Origin: Ignavibacteriaceae bacterium
GTDB taxonomy: Bacteria; Bacteroidota; Ignavibacteria; Ignavibacteriales; Ignavibacteriaceae
Reading direction: 5' to 3'
Assembly: GCA_035328465.1 (NCBI GenBank)
Contig: DAOLIQ010000003.1
Span: 3,976-67,975 of the forward strand
DNA length: 64,000 bases
Part shown: piece after piece, positions 41,798 through 52,000 of the stretch
How the letters are laid out: each line of letters begins with the position of its first letter
Numbering within the stretch: position 1 is the stretch's first letter
The notes under the pieces: generated by a model
Told to the model about the DNA's origin: nothing
Databases searched by the model: none
The model's input: the letters and a program-made list of their open reading frames with translations, nothing else
Translations under genes and position numbers: made by a program

Positions 41798-44176
41798 ATG
41801 AAAAACATAATCTTCTCATTAATCCTTTCAACTTGTTTTTTTAGCAAGGCACAAACAATCCGAGATTTAATTCAACCAATAATCCTTGAAGAGGGAAGGA
41901 CACGCAGTTTTGTACTCTCTGATTTGTTTTACTCTGAAGATTACTCTATTAATCTATTGCCCAATGATAACATCGTTGCAGCTATAAACAAAGGGGGAGA
42001 TACAATTACCTTTACTCCAAAATTAAATTTCACCGGACTTGATCTGGTTTCTTTCGAACTACAGAATGAAATCTATCAGATTCCCGTTATGCTCGAAAAA
42101 AAACAAAAATATTTGTTTGCCTACAAGCCTGATGAAAATGTAAGTAGCGTAAATTTATTTGGGCAGTTTAATGGATGGGATCGAAACAATCTCCCTATGA
42201 AGGACGAAAATAATGATGGAATTTATGAGTTAATGATTCCGCTTGATGCCGGAAGATATGAGTACAAATTTTTTGTGGACGGAAAAGAACTTATTGATTC
42301 ACAAAACCAAATAAAAGTTCCAAATGGAATGGGCGATTATAATTCAGTTCGAATAATTGAACCAGAGATAAAAGAAAAATTTTATTTACATATTCTTAAT
42401 TATCAAAAGAATACGAATTCTATTTCCCTCTCCTTCTTTTGTGAAAAGATTAATAAAAAATCTTTACTCAAAAAAGAAATAGTTGCTCTATTGGATAACA
42501 AAATAATTGAACAGAGCAACATTGAAGCAACAGGCTGCAAAATAATTTTAAAGTTAGACCAAGCAGAATTAGCCGGCAGACATACTGTTCGGGTTGCGGT
42601 TAATGAAAATGGCAGAGCCACAAATATTCAAACAATATTTATTGAAAACGGAATTCCTTGCGGAAATGAGAAATTTCAAAATTGGAATGATGCCGTCATT
42701 TATTCTTTGATGGTGAATAGATTTTATGATGGAGATAAGTTAAATAATTGTCCAATAGTTCATCCCGATCTTTCTGAAAAAGCAAATTATAATGGAGGAG
42801 ATCTGCAGGGTATAATTGACAAGATTGAAGAAGGATATTTTGAGAAACTCGGTATCAATACTTTGTGGCTAACTCCCGTGGTTGATAATACAGACAGTGC
42901 TTATAAAGAGTATCCTCCCCCCCACCGTTATTATACCGGTTATCACGGTTACTGGCCCGTTGCTTCCGAAAAAGTTGAGCAGAGATTTGGGAACTTCGAT
43001 CTGTTAAAAAAACTTACTGATACAGCTCACAATCATGGAATAAAAATTTTGCTTGATTTTGTTGCGCACCATGTTCACATCGAAAATCCATTATGGAATG
43101 AACATCGCGATTGGTTCGGTAAAATTGAATTACCTGATGGCAGACTCAATCTTCGACTCTGGGATGAATACAGATTAACAACCTGGTTTGAACCTTACAT
43201 GCCTTCTTTCGATTTTGTTAGTTCGATTGAAGCAAGAGAATTTATGACCGAGAATGCTTTATGGTGGCTAAAAGAAAGTGGTGCTGATGGATTTCGTCAC
43301 GACGCTGTTAAGCATGTTCCAAATGAATTCTGGCGCTTGCTCACAAAAAAAATTAAAAAACAAATTGAATTACCCCAAAACAAAACGGTTTATCAAATTG
43401 GTGAAACATTCGGGAGTTTTGAATTAATAAGTTCGTATGTAAATAATGGGCAACTAAATTCGCAATTTAATTTTAACCTATACGACACAGCAATAAATGT
43501 TTTTCTTGATTCATCAAGTTCCTTTTCGTTGTTGAATTCTCAACTGCAAAAAACATTTTCTGTTTATGGTGTAAATAATTTAATGGCAAATATTATGGAT
43601 AGCCATGACAAAATTCGCTACATGGCTTATGCTGATGGCGACCTGCAAATCAATGATGGTAATGCTGGTGAACTAGGTTGGGTAAATCCTCCCACTGTTG
43701 ATAATCAATCAAGCTACGATAAGCTGAAACTTTATCTTGCCTATGAGTTGACAATTCCTGGCGTACCTATTATTTACTACGGTGATGAAATTGGAATGAC
43801 CGGGGCTTCCGATCCCGACAACAGAAGAATGATGAGATTTGAGAATGATCTTTCTCGCTCTGAAAAGGAAACCTTCAGTGAAATTAGTAAGCTTGCTGAA
43901 ATTAGAAATAATAATTCTGCTTTAAGATACGGCGATTTTTTAACTTTACTTGCGGATGAAAATATTTTTGCATACATCCGTTCCGATTTTAATCAACGTG
44001 TGATTGTAATCCTTAATAAAAGTAATAAAAACAAGACTGTTGAAATTGAGTTACCTACAAATTATAATTTATCCGAGGCGATAAATTTATTAAATGGTGA
44101 AACAAAGAAGATAAATAATCATCGTTTGGTTTGTAACGTTAACTCTATAGGTTATCTTATTTTCAAAATAAAGTAA
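41798..44176 (+). CDS. Secreted GH13 alpha-amylase-family glycoside hydrolase with N-terminal Ig-like/CBM48-like modules
   Basis: Signal peptide; CBM48-like FGQFNGWD...YEYKFFVDG; GH13 conserved regions DFVAHH, GFRHDAVKH, IGETF and MDSHD. Confidence 0.88.
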   Translation: MKNIIFSLILSTCFFSKAQTIRDLIQPIILEEGRTRSFVLSDLFYSEDYSINLLPNDNIVAAINKGGDTITFTPKLNFTGLDLVSFELQNEIYQIPVMLEKKQKYLFAYKPDENVSSVNLFGQFNGWDRNNLPMKDENNDGIYELMIPLDAGRYEYKFFVDGKELIDSQNQIKVPNGMGDYNSVRIIEPEIKEKFYLHILNYQKNTNSISLSFFCEKINKKSLLKKEIVALLDNKIIEQSNIEATGCKIILKLDQAELAGRHTVRVAVNENGRATNIQTIFIENGIPCGNEKFQNWNDAVIYSLMVNRFYDGDKLNNCPIVHPDLSEKANYNGGDLQGIIDKIEEGYFEKLGINTLWLTPVVDNTDSAYKEYPPPHRYYTGYHGYWPVASEKVEQRFGNFDLLKKLTDTAHNHGIKILLDFVAHHVHIENPLWNEHRDWFGKIELPDGRLNLRLWDEYRLTTWFEPYMPSFDFVSSIEAREFMTENALWWLKESGADGFRHDAVKHVPNEFWRLLTKKIKKQIELPQNKTVYQIGETFGSFELISSYVNNGQLNSQFNFNLYDTAINVFLDSSSSFSLLNSQLQKTFSVYGVNNLMANIMDSHDKIRYMAYADGDLQINDGNAGELGWVNPPTVDNQSSYDKLKLYLAYELTIPGVPIIYYGDEIGMTGASDPDNRRMMRFENDLSRSEKETFSEISKLAEIRNNNSALRYGDFLTLLADENIFAYIRSDFNQRVIVILNKSNKNKTVEIELPTNYNLSEAINLLNGETKKINNHRLVCNVNSIGYLIFKIK

Positions 44177-44206
44177 TCATTTATTTTACACTACACATTG
44201 GAAATC

Positions 44207-45547
44207 ATGAAGCTATTTAACATTAAATTATTTCTAATAATCTTAACAGTTTTACCGTTTGTTTATACCGCTTGTAATCAAAATACATCACCTGTTAACA
44301 CAGAGGAATTGGAATTTAAAATGAACATTATAGCTGAATCTTATGTAAAACTTGTTTTAAAGGTGGGGCAGTTTGACCCCAATTATGTTGATGCTTATTA
44401 CGGTCCTGAAGATTGGAAACCGAAAAGTAATCTAACCGAAGACACTTCTGCGCTTCAATCCTTATTTAATGAGTCAGATGCAATACTCGATTCTATGGAT
44501 GCACTTTCAAAATATGATTCCGATGAATTACTTACATTAAGATTTAGATTTCTTTACAAGCAAATTCTTGCAGTCAAAGCTAAAATATTTATACTGCAAG
44601 GAGGTGTGTTGTCTTTTGATGAAGAAGCCAAATCTCTTTACGATGCGGTGCCGCCTGTTTATAATGATCAACATTTCCAAAGTATCATAAACGAACTTGA
44701 TAAAATTTTGCCGGGCAAAGGGAAAGTCTCCGATAGACTAGACGCCTTCAGAAATAAATTTATCATTCCAAAAGATAAAATTGATACTGTATTTACAACC
44801 GCAATAAATGAATGCAGAAAGAAGACGCTCGAGCATATAAAGCTTCCTGCTGAGGAAAATTTTAAAGTTGAATACGTTACTGGCAAATCTTGGGGCGCCT
44901 ACAATTGGTATAAAGGGAATAGCTTCAGCATAATTCAAGTTAACACGGATCTGCCGATCTATATTGATCGTGCAGTTGATCTTGCTGCTCACGAAGGTTA
45001 TCCCGGACATCATGTTTATAATGCGCTACTCGAAAAATATCTATTTAAACAAAAAGGATGGGTGGAGTATTCGGTTTATCCTCTTTTCAGTCCTCAATCA
45101 TTAATTGCAGAGGGAACCGCTAATTATGGTATTCATGTTGTCCTTCCCGGAGAGAGTAGAATTGATTTTGAAAGAAATGTTTTATTCCCTCTTGCTGGTT
45201 TGGATACTTCTTTAGTAGATGAGTATTACAGAGTATTGGAATTGACTGCAAAGATGAATTACTCCTCGAATGAAGCCGCAAGAAATTATCTTGACAGCAA
45301 ATGGACCAGGGAAGAAACTATAAGCTGGCTAATAAAATTTGGACTTCGCTCAAAAGAAAGAGCTGAGCAGAATATAAAGTTTATCGAGACTTACAGAAGT
45401 TATGTTATTAACTATAACTTGGGTGAAGATATTATTAAAAAATATATTGAAAGTAATGGCGGTAATGAAAATCATCCAGATGTAAGATGGAAGCTTTTCG
45501 AGCGACTGCTTTCTTCACCTCAAACTCCTTCTGGATTATTAAAATAA
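44207..45547 (+). CDS. DUF885-like putative metallopeptidase lipoprotein
   Basis: Lipoprotein signal MKLFNIKLFLIILTVLPFVYTAC from the ATG at 44207 (the ORF track uses TTG 44198). The HEGYPGHH motif resembles the DUF885 HE..PGHH signature. Confidence 0.6.
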   Translation: MKLFNIKLFLIILTVLPFVYTACNQNTSPVNTEELEFKMNIIAESYVKLVLKVGQFDPNYVDAYYGPEDWKPKSNLTEDTSALQSLFNESDAILDSMDALSKYDSDELLTLRFRFLYKQILAVKAKIFILQGGVLSFDEEAKSLYDAVPPVYNDQHFQSIINELDKILPGKGKVSDRLDAFRNKFIIPKDKIDTVFTTAINECRKKTLEHIKLPAEENFKVEYVTGKSWGAYNWYKGNSFSIIQVNTDLPIYIDRAVDLAAHEGYPGHHVYNALLEKYLFKQKGWVEYSVYPLFSPQSLIAEGTANYGIHVVLPGESRIDFERNVLFPLAGLDTSLVDEYYRVLELTAKMNYSSNEAARNYLDSKWTREETISWLIKFGLRSKERAEQNIKFIETYRSYVINYNLGEDIIKKYIESNGGNENHPDVRWKLFERLLSSPQTPSGLLK

Positions 45548-45562
45548 TTTTGAGGATTTAGC

Positions 45563-46699
45563 TTGCTGCAAAAAACATACAATAATTCATCTGTAAAATT
45601 CTTCATAGGAATAATTGGCATTATTGCAATTACGCTAACGCTGAAAGAACTCAGCCATATTTTTATACCGTTTGTAATTGCATACTTTTTATTTTTCGTC
45701 TTTTCTCCACTTAATAATTTTTTATCGCGTAATAGATTACCTGAAGCAGCTATCATATTAATAGACATCTTAATAACAGGGTTTATAATCTGGGGCATAT
45801 TTAAATTAATCATCGATTCATTTATACATTTTACAGAAGGATTGCCAATATATTTAAATAAACTTGATAGAATAATCAGCGAATCTGCCGTATCGTTTGG
45901 AATAAGCGATCCAAATTTTACAAATTTTTCGATCCAAAGTTTTCTTAGATCCATTGATTTATCAAAAATTGCCGGCGGCTTGTTTGAATCAACATTTTCT
46001 TTTTTAGGAAGTGTCTTTTTCGTCCTTTTCTTTTTCATATTTATTGTTCCCGGTCATAAAATAATTTACGAAGCAATAAAAATTCGCTACCTTAAATCTA
46101 ATAATAATTATGTGAGCAGTGAGTCATTAAATTCCCCCAACCTTGATGAAAGCAAAATCTGTTTAAGTGATAAATCGAATAAAGATAATATCATTAAAGA
46201 AGAAAAATTAGCTTCAGCTTTCAATTTAATTACTGAGCAGATTCAAAAATATATCATTGCTAAAATTGGATTAAACCTTGCATGCGGCGTTGCAGTTACG
46301 ATCTTACTTTCATTGCTTGGTGTGGATTTCCCTATTGTTTGGGGTTTGTTTACGTTTCTTTTCAATTTTATTCCAACAATTGGATCAGCAGCTTCATTAG
46401 TACTTCCAACCTTAATGGCGCTTGTTCAGTTCGAATCAGTCAGTTTTATGCTGCTTGTTGCTGCAGCGATGGGGGCGCTGCAAACTTTATTTTTTAATCT
46501 TTTTGAACCGGCAATCATTGGACGAAAATTAAATCTAAACCCATTGCTGATTTTAATTTCGCTTCTTATTTGGGGTTACATTTGGGGAATAGTCGGTATG
46601 CTTCTTTCTGTACCACTTACTGCAATAATAAAAATAATTCTGAATAATTCTGATTCTCCGAATATGAAATTCATCAGCGATTTGATGAGTAACGAATGA
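45563..46699 (+). CDS. AI-2E family transporter (PerM/UPF0118)
   Basis: Polytopic membrane protein with NFIP.IG and EP.I.G..L.L.PL..L.S...WG..WG..G..L..PL motifs. TTG start. Has a ~45 aa hydrophilic insertion. Confidence 0.8.
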   Translation: MLQKTYNNSSVKFFIGIIGIIAITLTLKELSHIFIPFVIAYFLFFVFSPLNNFLSRNRLPEAAIILIDILITGFIIWGIFKLIIDSFIHFTEGLPIYLNKLDRIISESAVSFGISDPNFTNFSIQSFLRSIDLSKIAGGLFESTFSFLGSVFFVLFFFIFIVPGHKIIYEAIKIRYLKSNNNYVSSESLNSPNLDESKICLSDKSNKDNIIKEEKLASAFNLITEQIQKYIIAKIGLNLACGVAVTILLSLLGVDFPIVWGLFTFLFNFIPTIGSAASLVLPTLMALVQFESVSFMLLVAAAMGALQTLFFNLFEPAIIGRKLNLNPLLILISLLIWGYIWGIVGMLLSVPLTAIIKIILNNSDSPNMKFISDLMSNE

Positions 46700-47716
46700 T
46701 CAGGCTATCGCTGAAATCATTTTATTAAATTCAATTTTAGATGGAAATATTTCAGAAAATATTTCTCTGATGGATTCAGGACTAATCTTAGCATAGTCTT
46801 CTTCACGGGGGAAAATGCATACTCCTCCCAAATCTACTGATGCGGGGCTTATTAATATTTTACCCTCTCCCCTTTTATAATAATGAGATGATCTGTGCTG
46901 AGATCGTGAAAAAACTAAAACAGTCCATCCGGTATTTCCATCATACGTACTGAGAATATTCAACATCGGTTCAGAATGCTCGTCAGAGTTCTTATATAAC
47001 GCAGTGTAAACTTTAAGAAAATAATTTTCGATCAATTGCACGTTTAATGATTGCAGTAAAATAAATTTTCTTAAGCCGTCATCAATCGAATAAATGGAAA
47101 TATTTGATTCACTTTTATGAAGTTTACCAAACTTATTTTTCATAGAAACCAATTGACCAAAGATTGGCAAACATTTTTTGGGCACAGTTTGAAAATGTAA
47201 ATGATCAGGGGCAGAAGCGCCACATTTAGGTCCGTTGTAAAACACTGCAAAACGATCATTCATTTTTTTAGCGAGTGATAATAAATCTAAAAAATGATTG
47301 TTAATTAATTGAGGCTGATGTTTGGTGCAAACGATTGTAAAATGATGCTTAAAAATTGGGAATGGATTACAGAGCAAAATGAATTTATCGTCGATCAAAA
47401 TTCCTTTTTGTACTTTAGGAAGATTATTTAGACATAAGAAACATCTTCTGTTTTTGATTGTTCTATCTGAAACATCTGCTGTGCTTGAAAGCAGTCTTTG
47501 CGGATTAAACTGAAAATGGATTTTATAGCCATTAACCTGAATAGATTTTTGTTTTACATTTTTGAGGACGCTGTAATTATCTGAAAAAATTTTCCATTCT
47601 TTCTTTTGAAGAAGATTCAGTTTAATCGCCGCATCACCATAGCGATTTTCATTTAACAAAGCATTTATCTTTGAGTCGGAAATGATTTTATTCTTCAATT
47701 GGGTATTCATCAGCAA
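46700..47716 (-). CDS. DUF4922-like protein, GalT/Apa2-type HIT-superfamily nucleotidyltransferase/phosphorylase fold
   Basis: 338 aa with CFLC (CxxC) and a downstream GASAPDHLHFQ (HxHxQ), as in galactose-1-phosphate uridylyltransferase-type enzymes. Confidence 0.6.
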   Translation of the reverse strand: MLMNTQLKNKIISDSKINALLNENRYGDAAIKLNLLQKKEWKIFSDNYSVLKNVKQKSIQVNGYKIHFQFNPQRLLSSTADVSDRTIKNRRCFLCLNNLPKVQKGILIDDKFILLCNPFPIFKHHFTIVCTKHQPQLINNHFLDLLSLAKKMNDRFAVFYNGPKCGASAPDHLHFQTVPKKCLPIFGQLVSMKNKFGKLHKSESNISIYSIDDGLRKFILLQSLNVQLIENYFLKVYTALYKNSDEHSEPMLNILSTYDGNTGWTVLVFSRSQHRSSHYYKRGEGKILISPASVDLGGVCIFPREEDYAKISPESIREIFSEIFPSKIEFNKMISAIA

Positions 47717-47788
47717 AATCAGATATTAATTCTTTGCTAAGATAGGATTTTTATTTTAATATCTTAAGGGGGGTTTGTTCTGAAAAGT

Positions 47789-47897
47789 AAAAGAAGAGTT
47801 GGGGCTTAGCTTTTCATTTTTTATCGTCTAACTAACGCAATCAACAACAATAATAGAGAAGTATTTTTACACTTGGCTAAGTGACAACTCTTCTTTT
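47789..47897 (-). promoter_or_regulatory. Long interrupted stem (13 + 6 bp) enclosing a ~65-nt A-rich loop, between the small ORF and the DUF4922 gene; function unknown
   Basis: 47789-47801 AAAAGAAGAGTTG pairs with 47885-47897 CAACTCTTCTTTT. 47805-47810 CTTAGC pairs with 47876-47881 GCTAAG. A 3x3 internal loop separates the two helices. Confidence 0.4.
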
Positions 47898-47909
47898 AAG
47901 AAAGATATA

Positions 47910-48179
47910 TTATGCGCTGCAAGAATACTTAGGCGGATTGTGAACGATTTTTCTAATCGTATCAAACTGCAGATATGGATATTCTGACTGCAGAGATTCA
48001 ATTGCATCACCAGTTCGGATTTTCTGCTCTCGAAGTCTTTTAAACTTTTTTCTAATATGATAATCACGGACTGACCGCTCATCAATCAATCCATGTTGAT
48101 TAAGCAGGTTATAGATCTCATCACTGATAAGGTCTGCAAGCGGATTGCTCAATTCAGTTTCGATTATTTTATCTTGCAT
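47910..48179 (-). CDS. Small hypothetical protein (89 aa), possibly HTH-like
   Basis: ATG preceded by AAAGGAG with a 6-nt spacer. C-terminal TGDAIESLQSEYPYLQFDTIRKIV looks helix-turn-helix-like. No family recognised. Confidence 0.55.
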   Translation of the reverse strand: MQDKIIETELSNPLADLISDEIYNLLNQHGLIDERSVRDYHIRKKFKRLREQKIRTGDAIESLQSEYPYLQFDTIRKIVHNPPKYSCSA

Positions 48180-48351
48180 TTTGTTCTCCTTTCGGATAAG
48201 TAATTATTAAATCTTGCTTCCGGTGCTAAAATGAATCAAGATTACTACTAAATCAACCGCACAAGTATGCTGTTTTTATTTCAGAATTGTTGAAAAAGTG
48301 GATTTTGCAGCAGTATTATGCGGGGGTGGTAATAAATAGAGAAGAATAGTA

Positions 48352-48990
48352 TTAAATTATTTTTTTTCTAATCGCTTTTGCGACAGCTTCTGATTGTGAA
48401 TGGACGTGTAATTTTTTATAAATATTTCTGATATGATGCCGGATTGTATCAACACTAATAAAAAGTGCATCCGCAATCTCTTGATAATTATTTCCCTCAG
48501 CTAACTGAAATAGTACTTCCTTCTCTCTTGATGAAAGCGCAGCAGTTTCTTCATCGTTAGCAGCAGAGCGACCTGCTTGGAAAGTTGAAATTACTTTGCG
48601 GGCAATATTAGAACTCATCGGTGAGCCGCCTTCGTGAGCATCTTTAATGGCTTCGAGGAGCCGGGCTGGGGGAGTCTTTTTTACGAGGTAACCGCATGCT
48701 CCGGCACAAAGTGCTTCAAATATAATTTCACTTTCTTCGTAAATGGTCAGCATCAAAATGTCAACTTCTGCATTAATAAACTTTGCTTTTTTAACTGCTT
48801 CAATACCGTTCATACCCGGCAAGCCAATATCCATAAGTATAACATCAAAATTCTTTGATTTTAATTCAGCAAGAAACGATTCAGCGTTTTGATATGCCGC
48901 TGCACATTTATAACCATCGGTTGCATTAATTAGTGCTGCCAAACCGTTTCGTATTGTATTATTATCTTCAACTATTGCAACGTTAATCAT
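48352..48990 (-). CDS. NarL/LuxR-family response regulator
   Basis: Receiver domain (VEDN..., ILMDIGLPGMNG, LVKK) plus a LuxR HTH (LSSREKEVLFQLAEGNNYQEIADALFISVDTIRHHIRNIYKKL). Confidence 0.93.
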   Translation of the reverse strand: MINVAIVEDNNTIRNGLAALINATDGYKCAAAYQNAESFLAELKSKNFDVILMDIGLPGMNGIEAVKKAKFINAEVDILMLTIYEESEIIFEALCAGACGYLVKKTPPARLLEAIKDAHEGGSPMSSNIARKVISTFQAGRSAANDEETAALSSREKEVLFQLAEGNNYQEIADALFISVDTIRHHIRNIYKKLHVHSQSEAVAKAIRKKII

Positions 48991-49068
48991 TTAAATAAAT
49001 ATTTTTATTTTGGTGGCATAATGAATGGAAAAAATAGTTTAATTTCAAACACAAAAATTTTGACAATA

Positions 49069-52000
49069 TTATTTGTTAAAGAAAGAAAGCAGCCTTGATT
49101 GAGATGATATCTTCCCTATAAACTTTATTGTTGTGCCTTTATTCAAAACCGATTTCATTTTAATTTTGCCTCCGATTGCCTCTGCACGATTGCTCATATT
49201 TGTCAATCCATTCCCGTTTGAAACGGCTTGCAGGTCAAAACCTATTCCATTATCAACTAAATTTATCTCCAAAACATCGCTGTGAAAATTTACTTCTAAA
49301 AATATGTTCGTGCACTGACTGTGTTTGATTGCATTATTTATTGATTCTTTAAAAATCAGAAATAAATTTTGCCTGTATTCCATTTGAAGTTTTATGTCTT
49401 TTATTTTTTCCAGATTACTTGTTTTAATAGAAATCCCCAAATTGTACAGCGGCTCTTTATAAGCATCTTTTAGCCTTAGAATTAAATCATAGAGCGAATC
49501 ACGATTTGGATTTACCATCCATACTATATCGCTCATGTTGTCAACGAGTGTTCTTGCCGTGTTACTAATGAGTTGAAGTTCTTCAGAAAGGTTGACCGAA
49601 TTCTTCAAGTTGTTTTTTGCAGCAACTTCACTAAGAATTGAAATCTCAGTCAAGCCTGACCCAACATTATCGTGAAGATCTGCTGCAAGTTTTGATTTTA
49701 ATTTTTCAATAGCCAGGAGGTTTTTAACCCTAATTGTGCTTAAATAATAGATGGCTGCTGCTGCAGTAATAATTAATATCAAAGAGAACCACCACGTCCG
49801 CCAGAAGGGAGGAGTAATGATTATGCTTATTGAGGCGGTATTCTCGCTCCACACATTATCGTTATTCGAACCTCTAACTTCAAATGTATATTTCCCGGGT
49901 GTAAGATTAGTATAGTTAGCAAATCTCATTGAGGCATCTACAGAATTCCATTCTTCTTCCAGCCCTTGCAATCTGTATTGATAATTATTATCAGAAGGAT
50001 TGGTATAATCAAGAGATGCAAATTCAAATGTGAGGAAATTTTCATTGTACTTTAATTGCAGCGATTTTTTTTCGCCTTTAACAAGTTTATTCAAAATTCT
50101 TATAGAAGTAATAACAACAGGTGGTTTATACGGATTATCTTTTATACTGTCCGGGAAAAAATAATTTATTCCATTAATCCCGCCAAAAAACATTTCGCCA
50201 AACTTGCTTTTATAATACGCCCCCCCGCTAAATTCCATACTTTGCAGTCCATCCTGAAGATCATAATGCGAAAAGAACTGATCACGAATTCCGAATTTAT
50301 AAATACCATCATCAGTGCTCATCCATAAATTGGAATGACTATCTTCAAGAATGCCATAAACTACAGAACTGTTTAAACCATCATCTTTTGAGAAATTAAA
50401 AAACTTCCCGGTCTTCCTATCAAATTTATTTAAGCCGCCGCCAAAAGTTCCTATCCAGAGAGTACCAGCTTCATCTTCATAAATAGACATGACTCTATCA
50501 TCGCTCAAGGAATTTTTATTGGCAGGGTCGTGCTGATAATGATAAAATTTTTCTGTGACAAGATCAAATTTATTTAAACCCCCGCCAAATGTAGCTATCC
50601 AAAAAATGCCGGTTCTGTCCTTATAAATTTTGTAAATACGATTATCGCTGATACTAAATTTATTATTCGGATCGTGTGTGTATCTTTTAAATAAAATTCC
50701 ACTGCGCCCATCACCCTGTTGTGCGACTAATTTATTCAAGCCGCCGCCAAAGGTTCCAATCCAAATAACAGAATTGTCATCGTAAAAAATATCCTGCACT
50801 TGATTTGATCCAATTGAAGTTTCATCTTTAGGATTATTCTTAAATGCTGTGAATGTTTTAGTCTTCTTGTTAAACTTTACCAACCCGCCGGAATAAGTTC
50901 CAATCCACAGATTATCCTTATCATCTTCTTCGAGCGAGCGAATATGATTATCACTTAGTGAATTAGAATTATGTTCGTCAAATAAATAATGAGAGAATTT
51001 ATTTTCAGATCGGTGGAAATAATTCAAACCTCCGCGATATGTTCCGAACCATAAATTATTCTTACTATCTTCATGAATTGCCCAAATTACATTATCATTT
51101 AGGCTGTTCATTTCACCAGGTTTATTTCTAAGTATATTAAACTTTGCGGTATTCATTTCAAGCCTGCTAATACCTTCACCAACATGAGTCCCAATCCACA
51201 GTATTCCTGACCTATCCTGATAAAGAGAAATAACGTCATTATCCACTAATGAATTATCATCATTAGGATCATTCACAAAGTGCCTGAAACTATCTGAGGA
51301 AAAATCAAATCTATCAAGTCCTCCCCCAAGTGTTCCGAACCAGTAATAGTTATCAGAAGTTTGGGTAATTGCCATTACAGTATTGTTGCAAAGACAATTT
51401 GAGGTACTTTCTTCTAATCGAAAGTTTTTGAAGAAAATGTTGTGAGAATCAGAATTTTTTAATGATGCAGAGAGAAAATTAACACCGCCGAAATAAGTAC
51501 CGATCCAAAGGTTTTTATTATTGTCAAGGTAGAGGGAAATTATTTTATCATCAGAAATGGACTTTATATTTTGTTTTGAATGTTGGAAGGAGAAAAATTC
51601 ATAGCCGCCATTATTATCAGGAATAATTTTATTTAATCCGCCGCCAAATGTTGCAACCCAAATAGAATTTTCTTCATCAACTAAGATTTTAGTAATTCTA
51701 TTATGGGAAAGCGTACCTTTAATATTTTCCTGAAAAAAGAAATGCTGTTTCTTACCGGTTTTTTTATTGAAACGAAAAACACCCTTCCCCCACGTGCCAA
51801 TCCACAAGAAATCACTTTTATCTTCAGCAATAGATGTAATCGTGTTGGTCAGGTTTCGAGAAAACACGATCGGGTATTCATAATAATCATTTAAACCTGA
51901 AGATGGCAGCTCATTATTATCTGTAATAATGAATCGTTTAAATGTTTCATTATCTCTATTGAACAGATTAATATTACCATCAACTGTCCCAACCCAAAGA

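Noticed and set aside
45520-46038. 172-aa minus-strand ORF overlapping the 5' part of the AI-2E transporter gene
   Set aside because: It lies entirely antisense to a well-supported membrane transporter ORF, has low-complexity K/I/N-rich composition and carries no recognisable motif. It is a shadow ORF.
48210-48243. Hairpin AATCTTG-N20-CAAGATT between the LuxR regulator and the small ORF, considered as a terminator
   Set aside because: The stem is only 7 bp and AT-rich, the loop is 20 nt, and no U-tract follows on the minus strand. The support is insufficient.
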